From contig DF237457.1 in NCBI GenBank assembly GCA_000708835.1, positions 1 through 64,000 on the forward strand: a stretch of 64,000 nt of DNA, given 5' to 3'. A program made the translations under genes and the position numbers. How positions within the stretch are numbered: position 1 is the first letter of the stretch; each line of letters starts with the position of its first letter. Of the stretch, positions 60,130 to 64,000 are shown one piece after another. This DNA comes from Klebsormidium nitens (Eukaryota > Plantae > Klebsormidiophyceae). The notes beneath the pieces were generated by a model. The model did no database searches, was not told the DNA's origin, and saw only the letters and a program-made list of their open reading frames with translations.

Positions 60130-63100
60130 ATGTCCGGCGAAGTAGAGGTGGCGGGGCCACATGCCCCGGGGCCCTTTCCTTCCCCCTTTCACGAAAGCGG
60201 GCAGGGCGATGACCAGAACAGCTTTTTACCCGCCCAATCAGACGCAGGAGTTGCACCCACAGGAGTGGAGAAGACGGAAGCCTCGAATGGGGCGACCGGT
60301 GCGCAGAATGATGGTAATGGTGGGGGCGAAGGGGCAGCTGGATTGGACCCCCTCGATGCTGCGGTGGCTCCGCCCGGCAGTTCAGGGGGCGGCGAACCGC
60401 TCATCGAAGCGCCGTCCGAGATGCGCGAGGACCCCCCCGGGAATGCCGCATCGGTGGCATCGGGTCCTGGCCCAGGGGAACAGCAGCCCAGCACAATGAT
60501 CCCAATTGGCGCAATGGGGCCTCCGGGTGCGCCCGGCATGCTCGTTCCCCGGCCCCCAATGCACCAGGGCATGCCCGCACCAATGCAGATTTTGGGTCCG
60601 GGGAGGGGGGCGATGCGGCCGCCCGGGCCTGTTTCTCTTCCGGGAGGGGTCAGGCCGGTTCTGGTGAAAGGGGCTTCAGCAGGGAGGGGATTGGGACCAG
60701 GGCCGAGGGGGCCGGGCCCGCCACTTGTGCGAGGGGGGCCTCCGCCTGGGGGGGGCGTTCCGGGGGTGGGCCGGGGAATGCCAGCAGGTGCGGCGGGGAG
60801 GGGGGAGGCGCCTCAGGGGATGAGGCCGCAGGCGCCGGGAGGGGGCAGGGGGCAGCCAGGTGGGCAGACGTTGACGTGTGACAATATTGGGGAAGATGCA
60901 AGGACAGTATCTTTGAGCTGCAGTCCTCAAGAGATGGAGCGATGATAAAACACTTCAAGAATTTGTGCTTCTTGTTTCCTTTGATCTCTGACTTCTACAG
61001 AATATTGACAAAGTCAATTGTCCATGTAGACTCTTCAACGATGGAAGTCTGTCTCGGCTGACCTTAGAGAGGAAGGGGGTTGAGGGTGCAAATGGTTGGT
61101 AAACATTGGCAACTTGTGCCTTTTCTTTTGCGCTTTTTGGTTGTGAATTACTGGTTTCTAAGTCAAGGGCACAAGCTTCGGCATTGAGCTGTGCCCAATT
61201 GGCCCTTGCATTTGTTGTTAAGATGCTTAATGGATGGTGGTGCTAATCAGGGAGTCAATTGCGGTGTGACAGAGGATTGGAAGAAGTTGCGGCTGCGGTT
61301 GCAGTGCGGTTTCACCAACACTCCTCAACAGGGCACTCAGGTCATGGAATAAAACCATTTATCTGATTAACTAATATTTGCTGGGCAGAACAAACTACTC
61401 GTCAACCAGGAACGTGGGCTGAAAAGATCGTAAGAGCCTGATAATTGCTGTGCAAATCCAGCAATGCCCCATTTCGCTCTTGTTGCGCAGGTGCGCCTGC
61501 TGCTGGACGTGGCGCCCCACCGGGCTCCAAGGCCCCCGCCCCGCTGGCGCAGGGGGTCCCCATGGGGACCCAGGGCCAGTTCATCCAACCCCCCCACGGC
61601 TATATGCAACCATACCCCCACGTTTACCACTACCCTGGGCCCGTCATGCATCCCTCACACTTTCAGGGGGGGCCGCCTTCTTCCCACATGCTGCCCCCCC
61701 CTCCCATCCAATTATCCCCCGGGGGAAAACATGTGGGTTCGCAGCCATCTCCTGGGGGCCCCCAAAAAGGTGCCTCCAAGCAGGGGGCTGCTGGGGACAA
61801 GGCAGGTGCGGGGGTGCGCGGCGGGGGGGCACTTCAGGCGGTGGCGATTGCGCCTGCGCCAGCCCCCCCTCAGGTGGTGCGCCCCGCGCCGCCCCCCCGC
61901 TATACCAACCAGGGGAAGAAGCCGCTCGGGCGGCCGCCGAAGCAGGGGGGTGCGGCGCAGGCGCGGTTAGCTCCCAAGGGGGCGCAACGGTTGGTCCAGT
62001 CCGGAGGGGGAGTGGGGAAGCAGGTGGCGGTGACGGGGCAGGCAAAGGGCGGGGCGCCCCCCCCAGCAGCAGGGAAGCCTGGGGCGAGCGCCCTGGGGGC
62101 CCCTCCTGGGGGGCGCGCTCCGAGCCCGAGCAATAGCGGGGGAAAGGGAGGGCCGGCGCGGAAGATCTCGTGCGAGGACATTCAGCTGGTGCAGAACTTG
62201 ATCGAGCGGTGCTTGCAGCTGTACATGAACCAGCGCGAGGTCATCCAGACGCTCAGCTTCCAGGCCAAGATCGAACCGGGGTTTACGAGCCTAGGTCAGT
62301 CCTGACACTGAATTGTGATGACTTCTGAAGCGGCTTTTTAGTCTGGTCTACAGCTCGAGGGAAGCGAAAGTTTGTGGGGGGTGCAAGGTGGTTTCAGGAA
62401 GAATGGGAGTTATATGCATTACAAGGATAGAGCAAGGGAGTCGACTAGAAACTGGCCAGAACAGATATCGTTCTGGGCCCTATCTGGGTTCATGGTATGG
62501 ACATGTGGGCTTCGCAGTTGATGGGTTCGTTTCTTGTTTTGCACTTTCCCAAGCGGACCTGGTGGGCGAAGTCGTTCAAGTTGACAAAAAGCTTGGTGCC
62601 TGTGCACCACTATCAGCCTCCCCTAAAAACATTTTTTGAAAACTTTGTGACTATCCTGTGTCTTTTTTACCAGTCCGTGAAGGGCATTCTATTTCCAGTG
62701 AGCGGTTGCTTCTTGGTGGACCCTACTCTGGGATTGTTACACCCACTTCCTCCCTGCTGGCTACCGCGCGGCGCAAAGTAGCAAGGGGAGAAGCGAAGGC
62801 TCTACCGTCTTCTGATTGCCACCTCGATCTCTGCGCCCGTGGATCACTACAGTGCGACAAACGCGAGAGAGTCCAGGGTGTGGATTCCGACTTTCACGCG
62901 CAGCATGTCTTTGTTGTGCGTGCAGTGTGGCAGAAGCTGGAGGAGCAGAACCCCGCGTTCTTCGCGGGGTACTACGTGCGGCTGAAGGTGAAGGAGCAGA
63001 TCACGCTGTTCAACCACCTGCTGGACCAGCACGTGCACCTCATGCACAAGCTGCGCAACTACGCGCCGCACACCCACAAGCAGCCGCACCCGCTCCCGCC

Positions 63101-63735
63101 ACCCCCGCACCGTGAGCACGCCCGCATGCATTCCCAGCTCTGAAACTATGTGTTGAAGGGTGCAGGGACGTGAGACGTTTGCTATCAGTCAGCCACAACA
63201 GACCATGCTTCGTGGTCTCACGTTATTGAATGTTAAAAGAGAGGCTGTTTGCTTCTGGGCGTTCCGTAAAGGCTACTCTATGCCAACGTTGTCCACATGG
63301 ACTCGTGGCCGTGGTCTATTGCACGCTACAGTCCGAGAACAACGCATCCTTCAGTTCCAGCCGCTCAATTTGCGGAAGACAGTTTGTAACTGTAGTGTGG
63401 TTGTTGCGGCTTGCGGAACCAGCCATATCAGAGTTTGGGTCTCGGTTCAAGGCTAGCCATGCTCGCACCACATGCATTCCCCGGTTCTCATTGCAGCTCA
63501 AACAAACGTTCTTGTGAATGCGGAGAATTGGTCTCGATCCTGCAGTGCATCCCATGGGTCCTCCTCCCCCATACGGTGTCCCCATGCCCCGGCCCCCTGC
63601 CCCAGGGATGCCCCTCCACCCCGGTATGCCCGGCCTGCATCCCCCGGGCATGCTCAACGGGGGCGCGCACATGGCCATGGGCCCTCCCCCAGGGCCACCC
63701 GGGCCGTTTGCTCCGCATCCAGGCGGACCGCCAGG
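60130..63735 (+). CDS. Plant TIGR01589/PF09713 (A_thal_3526) domain protein with long Pro/Gly-rich N-terminal region; probably continues beyond the last exon shown
   Basis: Exons 60130-60859, 61491-62294, 62926-63111, 63546-63735, in phase. Signature ISCEDIQLVQNLIERCLQLYMNQREVIQTLSFQAKIEPGFTSLVWQKLEEQNPAFFAGYYVRLKVKEQITLFNHLL. The end is ambiguous (donor GG|GTGAGC or stop at 63737-63739). Confidence 0.85.
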
Positions 63736-64000
63736 GTGAGCGGGCGGTCCCTGTTCGTCTCGGCTAGGCTGTATTAGCTGTTCGATTTTGTTTTGAAGAG
63801 AAATGAACGTGCTCCGTGTTCCAAACGGTTCCTTCACATGCATGCACAGAGGCGGGAGGTGATCAAAGCTGTACTCCAGTAAGGAGAAGAACAATGTTTG
63901 CGCTAAGCAATCGAGCATGCGGTCTCTGAGGTTCTTGAACACGTTTGGTTTAGGCGGACTGATACGTACGATGCTGATCTTGTCGGCTGGAAGGACAGCG

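Noticed and set aside
1-64000. CRISPR arrays, rRNA, transposase or reverse-transcriptase ORFs, viral genes
   Set aside because: None seen. There is no repeat-spacer periodicity and no such catalytic motifs in the ORF track.

Overview
Eukaryotic nuclear DNA: intron-rich, about 50-55% GC, with short introns and plant-type genes. It most resembles a streptophyte green alga such as Klebsormidium (inference from gene content and style, not a database match). I rebuilt 14 spliced gene models by hand, checking reading-frame phase across introns. In order: a NYC1/NOL-like SDR (-), a tail-anchored coiled-coil protein (+), an SRS2/UvrD helicase (+), a frameshifted F-box/LRR gene (+), a HAD-IB hydrolase (-), a nucleotidyltransferase-JmjC fusion (+), a 155-aa orphan (-), an intact F-box/LRR paralog (+), a TRF4-type poly(A) polymerase (-), frataxin (+), COQ10 (-), an unknown probably plastid protein (+), VPS9a (-), and a TIGR01589/PF09713 protein (+, may run off the window). 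There is a 373-nt assembly gap at 49972-50344. I saw no rRNA, tRNA, CRISPR array or autonomous transposon. The standout is a ~965-aa protein joining a bacterial-type Pol-beta nucleotidyltransferase (with its helical partner domain) to a JmjC 2OG/Fe(II) dioxygenase, both with intact catalytic motifs. It sits head-to-head with a bacterial-type HAD-IB phosphatase. Other notable signals: a candidate algal KASH protein, an SDR with His replacing the catalytic Tyr, an exact 8-nt deletion inactivating one F-box copy, fold-back elements with telomere-like cores, three GC-AG introns, strict strand alternation over 11 genes, and CATG/GATC-rich spacers between gene 3' ends.
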